Below, in pieces: positions 36,945-50,050 of a stretch of DNA of 64,000 bases. The stretch is from NCBI GenBank assembly GCA_002633005.1, contig NMRA01000095.1, forward strand, positions 525,889-589,888, in the 5' to 3' direction. The stretch comes from Phoronis australis (Eukaryota > Animalia > Phoronida). The notes beneath the pieces were generated by a model. That model was not told the DNA's origin. It saw only the letters and a program-made list of their open reading frames with translations, and made no database searches. The translations under genes and the position numbers were made by a program. Position 1 is the first letter of the stretch. Every line of letters starts with the position of its first letter.

Positions 36945-39024
36945 GCAATACAAAACGAGGTCAGGATCTACAGACTGACAGAACCGGCCTCCACAACGCC
37001 CAGTATTATTCCAAGAGAAAGACCAGTAGCATTAATGGAAACTATTTTTTAACTGAGAACAGGTACAACACTTCAAATGTAGGAGAGGGAACACCACACT
37101 GTATCTTTGTTCATTTCTGGACTCTGCATGAACAAAAGTCGACTTAAGACAACACACACTAGCAGATAATAGTAAGATAAACCAATAAAGCAGTTATGAG
37201 ATCCACCTACACACCAAAAATCATTTAATGACACATGAGAATAAACAAATGAACATCAACTGCCCCCTGTTCACGTGACTTACTATTAATGGCAGGAAAT
37301 GGACAGTCAAGGTCGCCTTACTGCCCATCGTCTGTATAAGCTGTAATAAATATTGAATCACAGACAATGTCTAACTATCTAAAATGCTAAGCACTTAAAT
37401 TTACAGGCAAGAAACACAGGATTGGATGATCAAAAGGAAGGAAGGAACCAACACTCAAACACTAGATACAACAAGGGAAACTTCACACTACAGAGATAGC
37501 ACAAGAGATGACAATCAAGGCCTCAGTGAATGAACACTCGACCTGGATGCTAATGAGAATGAATTGAACCATTTTTAGTAGCCAGTGTTGTTTTTTCAAT
37601 GTGTGGGGTTTAGAACAGGGACCTCAATCAGAATATAACAAGCTGCGTTCTTAATGATTCTACATTATGTTAGACCGCAAGAGTCCATCTTCAAGATCCT
37701 ACAAACTTGAATACTCTCATGGACACTTTCTTGTAGTCAATATTAAAGAGGTTCCGATAAAACACAGACAGAAACTGACAGAGACCTCGAGAAATATTGA
37801 GACAACTCTTACAAAACACTCTCCAGATCACCATAAGTTGTCAGGAACAAAGTTAAACTAGTTACAACCAGGAACAGGAAACTGAAAGTGCAATAGAAAA
37901 GTGACAACATTGCATGTACAAAGTTACACTACAATCTGCCTGGATGACAAACATCTAAACTACAGGTACTTTCCATACAATTGTACGAGATTATCTTACA
38001 AGCCTTTGCACTGATTATGAAATTTGATGTCCTAATCTAATTGTTTTACTAAAGTGCAGACCACCTGCAGAGGATTATCTAACACGCCTTTTCCTCACAT
38101 GGAAGCGAACAACATTTTCTTGAAACCCTTAACGCAACTCTTCACTTACTTCACAAAAATTGTCATTTTCTACATTTTAAAGGCCAATTACCTCATTTTC
38201 AAATAATAGAAAATGTTTATAATTCTGCTGTTACGAATCAGCGCCTTGATATGGCTTAAGTAGTAATTATTAGTCCTCTTAAACGCCATCTTTTGGTCAC
38301 ACCGTGCATCCTACGCCTGAGATCTTTTCAGATTCAACTCTAGGTCACGTGATGTGGCCAACATATGACGTGTGATAAGGCTAATAATTCTTACCTTAAA
38401 TGTTGTTTTTGGACATTTACACAGAACAAATCAAGCTATCAATGGGCTACAATTACATTTTTGTCAAGAAATTTGGCAAAATAAAATTTCACTTGTCTGC
38501 AGTCATGTGTTACCATACCCTCTAACAGTTCATCAATCCATTGATTGTGAGATTTAAAGCTAAAACGAAACCACATTCTGTCAAAAAAACTCCACCGTTT
38601 GATTTTCACTAGTCACAACATTATAAAATCAGTTTCAAATTCTTAAATACCTAGACTGCAAAAGTGATTTTTTGGGTTGAAAATAAGTGTGCTCAAGACA
38701 AATCACATGCACTGAGTATTGTCTCGACCAATAAAGAGCTTTTCCGGTTTTCCAAGGCACAGAAACACTTCTTTGGTAATATAAGTATGTGACAAGCTGA
38801 GACCAGGTTTACAATAGTGAGGGGGTCTAAATCAAAGGTATGCCTCAGTTGGAAAATGACAGGTTTATAGCTGCTTTGAAAGCAAATTCGGTATTTCTCA
38901 AGGAAAGCATTAATGAAAAGTATCTACAATTCTTTAATTCTTTTTTTCAAGAGGTAAACAACATTTCTTGGAAATCTTACCACAATAGAATTTATCAGCC
39001 CCACTGAGCAGGAAGACACCAGGT

Positions 39025-39347
39025 CTAATTTTTCCAAAAATTTGGACTCTGCTCCAACCGCCTCTTGAAATTCGTATACCACTGCTGTAGTGTGCTAAGT
39101 GGTACGAACGTCTCCGTAGGATTGGGCGCCATCTGAGATTGAGTGACGCTGAATGATGAAGCAAAGTTATAGAAGTTCTCCAACATTTTGTTGGTGTACT
39201 CCACAAATGGGCTGAGATTGGAGACAGCTGCTTCGGGACATGGGCTCATCTGAGCTATCTGGTCCAGTGGCTCTACGGAAATGCCGATTTGGGCACTGTG
39301 ACTCTGCTGAATGGCACCACCAAATGGGTTCTCGTGGCCTTCCTCAC
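39025..39347 (-). CDS. HIKESHI: Hikeshi exon 4
   Basis: Acceptor AG at 39349-39348; conserved C-terminus. Confidence 0.95.
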
Positions 39348-42300
39348 CTGCGTAAGTAAAAGATGAACATGTATCAATATAAACTGTTGATGTTACTTTT
39401 GAGTTGAGACAGTGGATTTGACAGGACCAACAGGAGTGGGTCACACATTTATTTTCTTCACCTCTACTGCACATGCTCGCAATAGGTGACGTGACACTCA
39501 CTAGGTGGTGCTCATGTAGAAGTCTTTTTTAACATCAGAAAAGATTGAGAACAGACCGCAAATCGTCAACATGGGGGTTTTGCTGACTACGGGTCCCATC
39601 AGAATATCTGAATGTACGCACTTTACACAGGTAAGACCTTTACTTCATAAGCACAACCTGTTGAATTAAAAATTCTCCGTTAGTTAAGAAAAACAGTTCA
39701 GAGCTTCTGTAAGTTCACCTGAACAGTTGAGTATGGTTAAACAGAAGAGACATTATTTTGAAAACAAAATGAGATGTTAACAATCTGGGCTGCCTGGTAG
39801 ATCTTTGTAATCGAAATCAAACTTAAAGTTCCTCTTGACATTTTCTGTTCCTTACTTTTATGCTCAGTCAAGATAAGCGTCTATAATTCAGTGCTCCAGT
39901 TAATTATGGCTTACACGAATGACTTCTATATCTTAGTCTGTACATTTTTATACTAGCAAACTCCCAGAAATCCCTTTTGCATTATATCAAGGTTCTTGTC
40001 CTCTCCCTTGCATACACTCACTAATAAGATCAAGTTTAGAGGAGCAGGAAACACTTTCTACAATGCTTGATTGTCTGCCAGTGTTGGCCAAGATTTGAAC
40101 CCTGATCTCCCAAATGTGAGTCTGAAAGTCAAACCACTGAACCACAGTGTCTCCAAGTTTGCAAGGTATAACTGCCCCTCAAAATCTCGAGATAGTCTGT
40201 AACCCAAATCAAGGAGACATCAAGTGCAACCTTGTACTAGACACTCATTGGTGTAAATCAATACACTTGAGTACACTAAAGTAGACAGCTATCTTGAGTT
40301 AATTCTAAAGTACAACAAAAAAGTGAGTCAAAAATAATTTCAAGTGAAGTTTCATGTTGCAGTATTGTAGTGATATTTGCAAACGTTTTGAAACAAGAAG
40401 TCTATCAGCAGTTCAGAGATGACCTCAACCTCCATTCAAAAACAGATCCTAGATGTCGCGCACAATTTCTGCACTGTTACTGAGGTTGATAGATTTAACA
40501 CATTATTTGACTTATGAGGTTCTCAACCATTTTCTTTAAACCTTTGTAGGGTCTGAGTCTAGCTTTTGGCAGATTGTTCTGGACCATTCTTTCAAATAAT
40601 TGACTCTGCAATTTGTAGACATTTTTTTCATTCACAACAATTATAAATCAGGTTTTGGTGTAGTAAAGAAGTATCCATTTTTTATCAGTGTCAGAATTTT
40701 TATGAAATGCTTGTTTATATAGGAGTATTGAATGCCATTGAGATAAGTAGGCTACTCATTTCTTAACTGTGTAGAATTAAAGTTTTTTTTTTCTTTTTGA
40801 TATCATTAAAGAGAGCATAATGTAATTATTTTTTTACTCTTATTTATTTGAGTGAATCTTTTAATGGTGCCAGTAAATGCATATTGTCGTCATCTCAGCA
40901 GTGTAAAGCAAGAATGTTTCGACATTCTGCACAGTTCCTATGGGACCAATTTTTTTCTAATAAATACATTTTAGTGTTTTGCACATAGGAGGGACTCTTG
41001 TTGAACACAGACTTGTAAGATGACCTGATAAAATACAGTTAAATTTATTTAATTTTTTCCAATGTTGACTCTGAATTATGAATTTTAGTTGCGCTACACG
41101 AGATAAATCGTTGAATTTGTGAAATACATGATGAATGCACACTCACTTTGAATTGAGAAAAATATTGATTGGAAAATATTTCTGGCACCAGATGACCCGT
41201 TACCATCATCAATTATGAGCAACTGTCGGAGTGCCTTGGAATTAGTTTCACCACTGCAGTACACTGAATACATGGGTATCCTGCATGGCCCTTGTAACAG
41301 CTTCGAGGGTTATTCATTAAATATCATTGAAGATGAAATCTCTGGCGGTCGTATTATTTAGGCTACAAAGACCCACACACTGGATTTAGCCATCCAGTCA
41401 GAGTACTAATGATTCTGGCTTGTGTTGATTCTGGCCCATTGTTATTAGGCAATGTCCGATTATAAACAGTAATTTATATCACATGCTATAGAACATGGAC
41501 CGCCAAATCCGCATATTTTCAATAGACGAAATCTGTTATCTTACGCATAAGCCGTGACATCATTTTTCACTAGCAACACCTGACAAAATTAGCAAGTTTG
41601 CTTCCAGTAAGTGCGTCATCTGCTAATCACGGTCGGCTGTTGTGTGCCAAAAGTACTCACAATACCAACAGTTCAATTATTGGAAGACTTTGAACAGCGA
41701 GAATTTCCCGTCACAATACCCTAAGGGAAACTGAAATTGGTAATTTAGGAGAGTGGCGCTTCTCTAGGATGTTACGCAAGAAAATGTTGAAGTTGCGAAT
41801 CCGTTGTCTATAATCTATGTTTATATCAAGTATCAATGAGCAGACCACACTATGTTGGTAATTTTAGTCGCTCCTGACAGTGTGACTGTTGCTTACAAGA
41901 ACGTCCCTGGCTGCCGCTCAGATTAAAATTGAGAAAAAAGAAAACATCGTGTTAACGTTGAATCCGTTTCAACATTCCAGACTTCAGTTGGAATCCGAGT
42001 TCATCATGGCTTAAGCAGACTTATATTTCATGCACAAGTTGGCTTATAATTCTTGTGAAGACTGGTATGAATCGTAGGCAGTTGAAAGACATGAAGTTAA
42101 AAGTTTATGGCAAAGGCACTCGCAAAAGTGCTGGTTGAAACAATCATGACCCATAGGTTAATCTCCATCCGTGAGTCTGACTCGTTCACAGCGCCGCCTT
42201 GCGGATTAGTTTCTGAAACAAGGTTCGAAAAACATGCTGGCCCAGTGTCCCGGAGCCAGTGGATTTGCCGCAGGGCCAGTAACTTTTAAAAGCTAACTTG

Positions 42301-45300
42301 GCACCTAGGCCAGTAAATATCAGACTAACTGGCCCGCGGGCCAGCACATTTATTTGCTGAAGTTCAAATGCTGTTTTGACAGTACCTCTTTCAGCATAAA
42401 AACATATATCCTACACTATAAGTAAGACACAGTGATTTATGTGTTGTTACAAGTAACAAGTCAACACAAGACTGACCAAGTGTCAAATTAGCCAATTAAA
42501 GCCTCAAGACATTGGGGCAAAGGCAGCTACTTAGTTCCAATGAACATAAGCCAATGCTTGACGACAGTCTATTTTACACTCCAAGACTTTGTAAGTGGCA
42601 GGGAGGCTACAAGTGCAATACATCTACATTATATATATGACTGATGAAATGTAAAATCAACTTGCAATTCAAAAGTACAGTGCTGTCTTTGAGTGTTAAA
42701 AACTGGGTAGCCATCTACGCACCAAATTATTATTTTTATCACCGCGCAGAAATAGAAATGCTCTTAACTAAGTAGCTTACATTACAACCATTGTCTGCAG
42801 CTTGATAAAGGGAGCTTTGTTGTATATTTATCTTATATTGCACTACAGAGACAAAAATAAAATACATTCTAGGAAATAGGTCATTGAAAAGAGTGACCCC
42901 AACTGGCCAGAAATAGAAAAGAATAATACACAGATAAATCTTAGTCTGATATTGCTCAGTTTTTGCAAAAGAACACGCAGGAAGACAGCTGGGTTTTCTT
43001 TTTTCCAACCAATTCTGAATGTGGAGTCATTTCAAGCCTCAGCAGATTCAACTCATTTTTGGGTGATACCTAAAAAAATATTCTCTGTTTGATTTTTCCA
43101 TCAAGCATTACATCTCATTTCCAACTGGCAACTGTGTATATCTCTTACCTGTTGGGATTATAATAGGCACTTACCACAGACCATAGACTTTAATGAGGGG
43201 CTTCTTTTATTTGAGGATCACATAACAGAGAAGATTGTTAGTGTTAACTGCTGTTTGTTTGTGAAAACATTCTTTCTCAACCCTTTTAAGACACTGCGGA
43301 CTATAAAAACTAAAATCGTCAACGAAAATTGAACTGTTTCATTGTTTGAACGACAAATATTGGTTAACTACAGAAAATGAGAAATGGTACAGACTGCAAC
43401 TGCTGTTCATTTGTTGGTAGTCTCAACCTCTATTGTGTACCCTGCTTGAGAAACACATTGAGGAGACTAGACTGGTGTACACCACACCTTATCAGAGTGA
43501 TCTTAATACCGACAAATCACGAAAAGAATACTACACTGACACTATAGAGATTGGACAACTCCACACAGAATCTGCCAGCATTGATCAAAGGCACCATGCT
43601 GTTGTAGTTGATTACATCGCCGCAGGCTACTGATGTTATTGTTCTCTATATAATCACACCCACCATAAACACACTGGGGGCAACAATAGCATTTTTAAAT
43701 TTTCAGTTTTGAAAGTTTGTAAACATCATATTTGAATACTTTGTGAAAAGTACATGTGATTAGGTTGTTGAAATTTTAAAATTGGATAAGAGATGTGACT
43801 TTTACAACCTAAAACATTTGTTTAATGTTGCCATGCATTCCTCATTAATTCAATTGGGTGTGCAACATAATTGAGCCAATTACCAAATCACCAGGCAGCA
43901 CTTGGATTTTGAGGTAAGCCGAGTGTCATCGTACAATTCTTGGCATGAATGCAGTGATATTTGAATGGGCAAGTGAATCATGCATGCTAATGAAGGTACT
44001 GAAGAGGACAATGTGATATTTGAACTGAATGATTTTTGGGGGTCCATGATGGGTAGTCCTGGATTTTTCGGCTTCATAGCAAACGTGGAGAATGCACAAA
44101 ATCCTCCACATTATCAGTTTTGCTTAGTATAAGACCAGCGCAGCCCAATAAGGTCCAATAGACCCCCTACTGGACCAATGGACCCCCTATTGGACCAACA
44201 GACCCCCTATTGGATGAGGTTCTCCTTGTGATAACCAATAGTGGGCCCAAAAAATCAGCTCTTTGTTGGTCTCACGAACACCTCAGCGGCCACTGCCACA
44301 TTGCTGCTTTCAAATCCAAGGAAAACAGGAAGAGCATTCGGTGTTGAAACTTGTGTGCATTTTTATGACAGTGCTGCAGTTTTTATTGTGACACGCTCAG
44401 AATTAAAGTAAATGCATATCTCTCAGGCGCAAAGTTAACGAAACTGTTCCCTATGCCCCTGTTCCCTATGCCCGTGTTCCCTATGCCCGTGTTCCCTATG
44501 CCCCTGTTCCCTATGCCCCTGTTCCCTATGCCCGTGTTCCCTATGCCCCTGTTCCCTATGCCCCTCTGTCAATACGGTACAGAGAATCAAGCTTTTGTCC
44601 CCAGCTGCTGCATTTGGATAGACAAAAGTATGGTTATAGTGGTCATTATTTTGTACTCATACATTTTTTCATTTTTGCTGATCCCGGTCACCACACTTTG
44701 AGATCGCACATTTTCCAGTCATGTGGCAACCTTGGGCGCATAATTTAGCAGGCAAAATTCTAAAACTGTATATTGTCTTATGCACATCACTGCCATGGTC
44801 TTAAAAGTGAAGCAAGTTGGCTTAGGAGACTGCCAGCTTCTTGATAAAGATAAATGAGTTTTGATTCGTGCAGCAACAGCTTCAGAGACATCTATTGGTG
44901 CCTGAGAGATAGCACATATAATGTACTTTAAAAACAAAAAATCATAACTATCAAAAATTGTGTACAAAACGCATGTTGGAAAGAAGGGTGTTAACAGCGG
45001 GTGTACAATTTTAAGGATTTTGTGAAAATCATCAATAAAGAGAGGATATCAAGCATTTTTGGAAGAAGTCTTTGTCAAGAATGAAGGGGTAAGCCGAAGG
45101 CATACATTTTGTACACTTGAAATGTCGTTAACTACGAACAATTCCTTACCTGGTTTAAGTTTGGCTACTTTAAACACAGCACTGGGTTTAGCATTTGATA
45201 GGTGACCCAGCAGTTTCCATGACATTCCATCTTCCTTGGATGGCCAACCAAAGAAGGCTGAAATACAATGACCTTGTTTTAGCTCTCAACAAGACAGGTA

Positions 45301-48300
45301 TGAGTACAAGTATAATGAGCTTGTTCTTGTTCTAGTTCTCAAGCCAGGTACGAGTACAATGAGCTTGTTTTAGCTCTCATCAAGCCAGGTACACGTATGA
45401 GTACAATGAACTTGTATTAGCTCTCAATACGCCAGGTACAAGTACGAGTACAATGAACTTGCATTAGCTCTCAATAAGCCAGGTACAAGTATGAGTACAA
45501 TGAACTTGTATTAGCTCTCAATAAGCCAGGCACAAGTACGAGTACAATGAACTTGTATTAGCTCTCAACAAGCCAGGTATTTGTAAGGGTAAGAGCAAAA
45601 GGGCTACGATGGTCAACACCATCTTCCTCAGGTTTAAAATGAGTACCAGCCCAATAACCAGCGAAGGACAACTGTGTATCCATGGTGACTTGAAGACTTA
45701 CACTTAATGTTGTCACCTATTATCAAAAAGCGAGCGAATATGGACCTTCAACATTTCGCAGCATTGGCATTTTTTACTACTAAGTTTCAAGAAATAATCC
45801 TAGCGTTTTTACTAATCTACTCAATTACAGAGCAAATTATACTGACAGAAATGAGTAGCACAGAACACGACTTGAGGAAAAAACAGCGACTAAGCTTGAC
45901 ACAGATTACACAACTGACACTTTAAGTATCAACTAAAGGGACAGTATTGGTTTCATGGCCAAAAAAAATGCATTTTTGGTTTATGGATAAACTTCTTTAA
46001 GTTAATAGTTTTGATAAATAAAATATTTTGGTTTTGTGACTTTATTACAAATCTCCAATTCTCGACGTTGTCTGCCAAACATTTGCTGAAATTAAGGTCG
46101 ATGACGCTACCATTTAAACACTCTGAAAGTACTATGCTATTTATCGCCAGCAGAGCTTTAGACTGCTTGTGCGGGAGTTGCAGGTTTGATTTCATGTTCA
46201 GGATGAGTTCAGATAATCACAGTTCTTGCCGCTAATATACCTTTAGACGCTCTGAACCCTCCCTCTGTCAATCACAGTTCTAGCCACTAATATCCCTTTA
46301 AGACACTCTGAACCCTCCCTCTGTCAATCACAGCTCTATCCACTAATATCCCTTGAAGACACTCTGAACCCTCCCTCTGTCAATCACAGTTCTAGCCACT
46401 AATATCCCTTCAACACGCTCTGAACCCTCCCTCTGTCAATCACAGTTCTAGCCACTAATATCCCTTCAAGACACTCTGAACCCTCCCTCTGTCAATCACA
46501 GTTCTAGCCACTAATATCCCTTGAAGACACTCTGAATCCTCCCTCTGTCAAAAAATAACGTTTGATCTAGACCATTCACTGAACTAAAAAATTGGTCCTT
46601 AATTTGATAAGAAATGCTAGATCTTCATTGAGATCAGACACATTAAGATGGCTTGACGTCTCAAGTCATTTTATCAGCTGAAAACATGACTGGTGCTCCA
46701 TCTACAGTTCTGTCTTCGTGTTAGCTTCTTCGGCCAGCTATAGTGCTTTCGGTGCAAAAAATGAACAGCTGGGCAAAACCAAGTTAATGTGCCTGGTCCC
46801 AAGCAATAACAAGCCATTATCACCAAGTCTAATATCTATATGTGGTGTAAGCAAGGATCATTTTAGAAAACTGTGGGTACGGGTGAATTGAAAACCTGTG
46901 AACCAGGTTACCTTTTGTCCTTTTTCACTTCCAGCTTTTTAATCGGCCCATTTGCAATCATAGTACGTCAGTGAAATTATTTTTTGCACCAATGACACGA
47001 GGGGAGGCTCTTGAAATTATACCTGTGCAAGTCAAAATTTTTTCTACAGGAAGATGATTCATAACAGCTTGAAGTTACGTAACTTTCCATGCCCTAACAG
47101 TATACATACCAGCAGCACCGTGAGTCTCCGAAAAAGGTACAAGACCAGTCATAAATATCACAACATGATTGACAGTGTCTGCGTCAGGTATAGTGAAGAC
47201 ATACTGTGTTTCGCTCACTTGTTGGAAATCGGTCTGCACCTAGAAAGGACAATTATGTTGACACCATAACACATCAATGAGACTTCTACAAGAAAAGCTT
47301 GGTAACTCAGATAGTTAGATCTAGTAAAACACATACGATCTGACAAGAGCCTCTACAAAAGCGTGTGTCTGGCAAACAATAACATGAATGCGAATGCGTT
47401 GGTAAACCAATTCATCAGACTCATCTCTCCCCGTCTCTGTGTCAGGTTTTTGCCTCAATGGCTTAGCATTTTATTGGCTTTACTATACAGTCAGCAATGA
47501 ACTGGTCATGTTAGATTGACAAATCGCTCAATAGACATTCAAACAAGCAGTATCAATGCACAAACGAGACTAAGTAGGGACTTATTATTTAAGTGAATGG
47601 GGCAGTGATTCAAGGGAGGATGCGCATTAATAATGAGAGGGGGCATGAAACTGGACACATCTCTACACTACGGCATTTTACATTCTATCAAACTTGCAAA
47701 AAGCTACAGCTACAAACCAGCCTTCCGTCAAAGAAATTGTAACATTTGATTCAGGACCAGTAGCTGCCAAGAAACTAGTCTGAACGTGTTCCACACACAG
47801 CTGAGAATGGATTTTTGACTTGGGAAGAATTGAAACTTTATTGTGGTTCGAGAACATGGTCAACGCATAACTTGACCAGACATGGCATGCCTTATCAATG
47901 TTCTGCACAACCTGTTTTGACTTGTCACTGCGGCGAGCATGAATTTTATTGTGACGAGTTTCGCTCCCTTGCGTCGTGTTAACAAACCTGTGCAATGAGT
48001 TTGAAGTATTGGGAGATAAGTCATTTCTTTAGTAAGTTGGGACATTTTGGACTTTTGGTACCAGTTCAGTACATTTATTTATTCAAGACTTAACATATGA
48101 ACTCCCCAAAGTACAGACTTTTGAACACATGTACACAAATTTTGAAATTCAAGTCGAGTTTCAATTTCCTGTTGTGGAGAACAATAACAAATTGTCAACG
48201 CTTCCCTGGTCCATGGGTATGTTTCACAAAAAAGTGACTTCGGACTTAAGTCAAAAGGTTGGTCTTAAGGCCCTTCCCATACAGTTAACTTCACTACAAT

Positions 48301-49485
48301 CGAAGCTTCAGTGTTAACTGTGGTTAACCGTGAAGTTTAACGTTCGTGTTCCCATCAACTTCGGAGTTAGTCAGAAAACTAGATCAGTGAAGTTATCACA
48401 AGGTGGCGCTGATATGACCTTCAATCATATGCTTTATGTTTTTGTCCTTGACAAGGGACGTTGATGACCTACGTATGCGAGACATCCTGGTGTTCCCCTT
48501 CCTGGTAGCGTGCCCGTTCCGTAGGAAAGGGGGGAATGTTGTAGATGTGCTTCCGGTGAATCATATATGAGCCTCTGTTAGCCACTCACTAACGGGCAAT
48601 TGCCTATTAACTGAATGGTTAGCACACTTGCCAGTTAAATTGGGGTCGCTGGTTCGATTCAAAAGGTCTTGCAATCTCGGCTATTACGACAATGGGAAGG
48701 ACCTATTCCTCTCTCCAAATGGAAACTAGAACATCAACTTCAGTAGACAGTTAACGGTTGCCACATTGGGACTATGATGATATACAAAAGATGACATATT
48801 GAAAAACTTGACTCTTGAGTAGGCTGATCCGGAAAAAAACAGTATGACGGTAACTCATATGCATACACCATACAGTCGGTGATTTTTTTAAAGTCAAGAA
48901 TCCAGTGAATGCATGGATAAATTGAATCAGAATGTTTATACAGCCAAAATAACAAATATTATAACAAAATATAAACAGATATTAACCAGTCACCAGCAGC
49001 TGGTGGCAAACACAGGCAGTGACCCTTATAGGCAATGACCATCGCCTCTGTTGGCCCGACCAGAGGCGATGCAGCTCCTATAGGCGCTCCATACGCCGGA
49101 AGCTTTTCAGCGAATTATGCCTCGCACCGACTAAAACATCAAAGAGTTCCAGTGCCAGCTGTGGACAAATTTTCTACTTTCTCTACAACTACAAATGTGG
49201 GTTTGCTATCTACTGGTTTGGGACTGTAGTTTAAGGGGTCGTAGATAGATTTTAGAGGCGTGACCACGTAACTGTTTCTACCCCTTGCCTTTAGATGACT
49301 AAAACCTTGATTGAATACTTCGGTGTTCCGTGTTCGGTTTTATTAAACCTTTTGTTCCGCACTCCCGCAGTGAGTAGGGCTGTGCAATCATGTTCAACTG
49401 AATGCAAAAATACGTGTACACGAGTTTAAAAAGTCCAATGCCTTTGGTCACTTACTAATCTACCAGCCACGACAATTCCAAACAT
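39025..49485 (-). CDS. HIKESHI: Hikeshi (Hsp70 nuclear import carrier, C11orf73/OPI10 family), 4 exons, 196 aa
   Basis: complement(join(39025..39347,45150..45257,47110..47239,49456..49485)) = 591 nt: MFGIVVAGRL/VQTDFQQVSETQYVFTIPDADTVNHVVIFMTGLVPF.../FFGWPSKEDGMSWKLLGHLSNAKPSAVFKVAKLKPG/EEGHENPFG...AQIGISVEPL...KMLENFYNFASSF...WYTNFKRRLEQSPNFWKN. Confidence 0.95.
39935..40154 (-). mobile_element. tRNA-derived SINE (same family as 57478..57693)
   Basis: A-box tggttcagtgg, B-box ggttcaaatc; body alignable by eye with the SINE at 57478. Confidence 0.7.
41482..41819. mobile_element. Non-autonomous TIR element family C (CATAG...CTATG type)
   Basis: Flanked by direct repeat tttatatca; homologous in reverse orientation to 62474..62832. 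Confidence 0.75.
44150..44214. repeat. 20-bp minisatellite x3
   Basis: gaccccctattggaccaata-like units. Confidence 0.8.
44444..44565. repeat. 15-bp minisatellite x8 (ctgttccctatgccc)
   Basis: Directly visible. Confidence 0.95.
45150..45257 (-). CDS. HIKESHI: Hikeshi exon 3
   Basis: WKLLGHLSNAKPSAVFKV; AG/GT boundaries, phase 1 to 1. Confidence 0.95.
45264..45580. repeat. About 47-bp minisatellite (about 7 units) abutting the Hikeshi exon 3 acceptor
   Basis: ttagctctcaataagccaggtacaagtatgagtacaatgaacttgta units. Confidence 0.9.
46215..46549. repeat. 56-bp minisatellite x6
   Basis: aatcacagttctagccactaatatcccttcaagacactctgaaccctccctctgtc at 46215, 46270, 46326, 46382, 46438, 46494. Confidence 0.95.
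47110..47239 (-). CDS. HIKESHI: Hikeshi exon 2
   Basis: VQTDFQQVSETQYVFTIPDADTVNHVVIFMTGLVPFSETHGAA; ctag acceptor, gtatgt donor. Confidence 0.95.
49456..49485 (-). CDS. HIKESHI: Hikeshi exon 1 (coding part)
   Basis: ATG TTT GGA ATT GTC GTG GCT GGT AGA TTA then gtaagt. Confidence 0.95.
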
Positions 49486-49869
49486 CTTTAGGTTGTGTCT
49501 GTGACTAACTGCTCGCTGCAGACGTCCAAAATTTCCACAAAAATTAAAGTTAGCGTGAAAGCTTGACACACTTCTCACGAAAACATCCGGTAACGCATGC
49601 GTGCAGCACTAAAACCTCATAACAGGTGACGCTCGCATCGCTTTTGCCGTGGACGTGAGCTCTTAGTGAACAATCGTACTCTCGTAATTTTGCAATCGTG
49701 TTTTCGCTCGTAATTTTACGCAAGTAATTTAGTTATGCTTGCATTTTTGCTCTCGCAAAGTACGAGCAGTTTTTTTTTTTTAGAAGAGTACATTGAGCAT
49801 AGTTTCATATAAATCCAATCAGCCATTTCTGACGGAGACATGATTAGTGAAATTTGGGCCGATCACAGG

Positions 49870-50050
49870 CATGCGCGCACCCAGCCTTTACGGGGGGGGG
49901 CTCAAATTTCCGACGATGTGGACCTTTTACCGACATAAGCATCAGAAGGACTAAAAAAAACGGAGTATCACGTCCAGAGCTGCGAATTGTGCGTTTGCGC
50001 TTTTTGGTGGACTTTTCAGGCAGCNCCCCCCCCCCCTGGGTGCGCGCATG
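49870..50050. mobile_element. MITE family A copy (N join at 50025) upstream of Hikeshi
   Basis: catgcgcgcaccc ... gggtgcgcgcatg. Confidence 0.75.

Noticed and set aside
44453-44701. MPLFP-repeat ORF
   Set aside because: Translation of a 15-bp minisatellite lying antisense in a Hikeshi intron
46215-46549. 56-bp (and nearby 47-bp) arrays as CRISPR or ncRNA clusters
   Set aside because: No unique spacers; ordinary intronic minisatellites
48608-48662. tRNA-like A/B boxes (ctgaatggttagc...ggttcgattc)
   Set aside because: No complete cloverleaf or acceptor stem visible; at most a SINE head remnant
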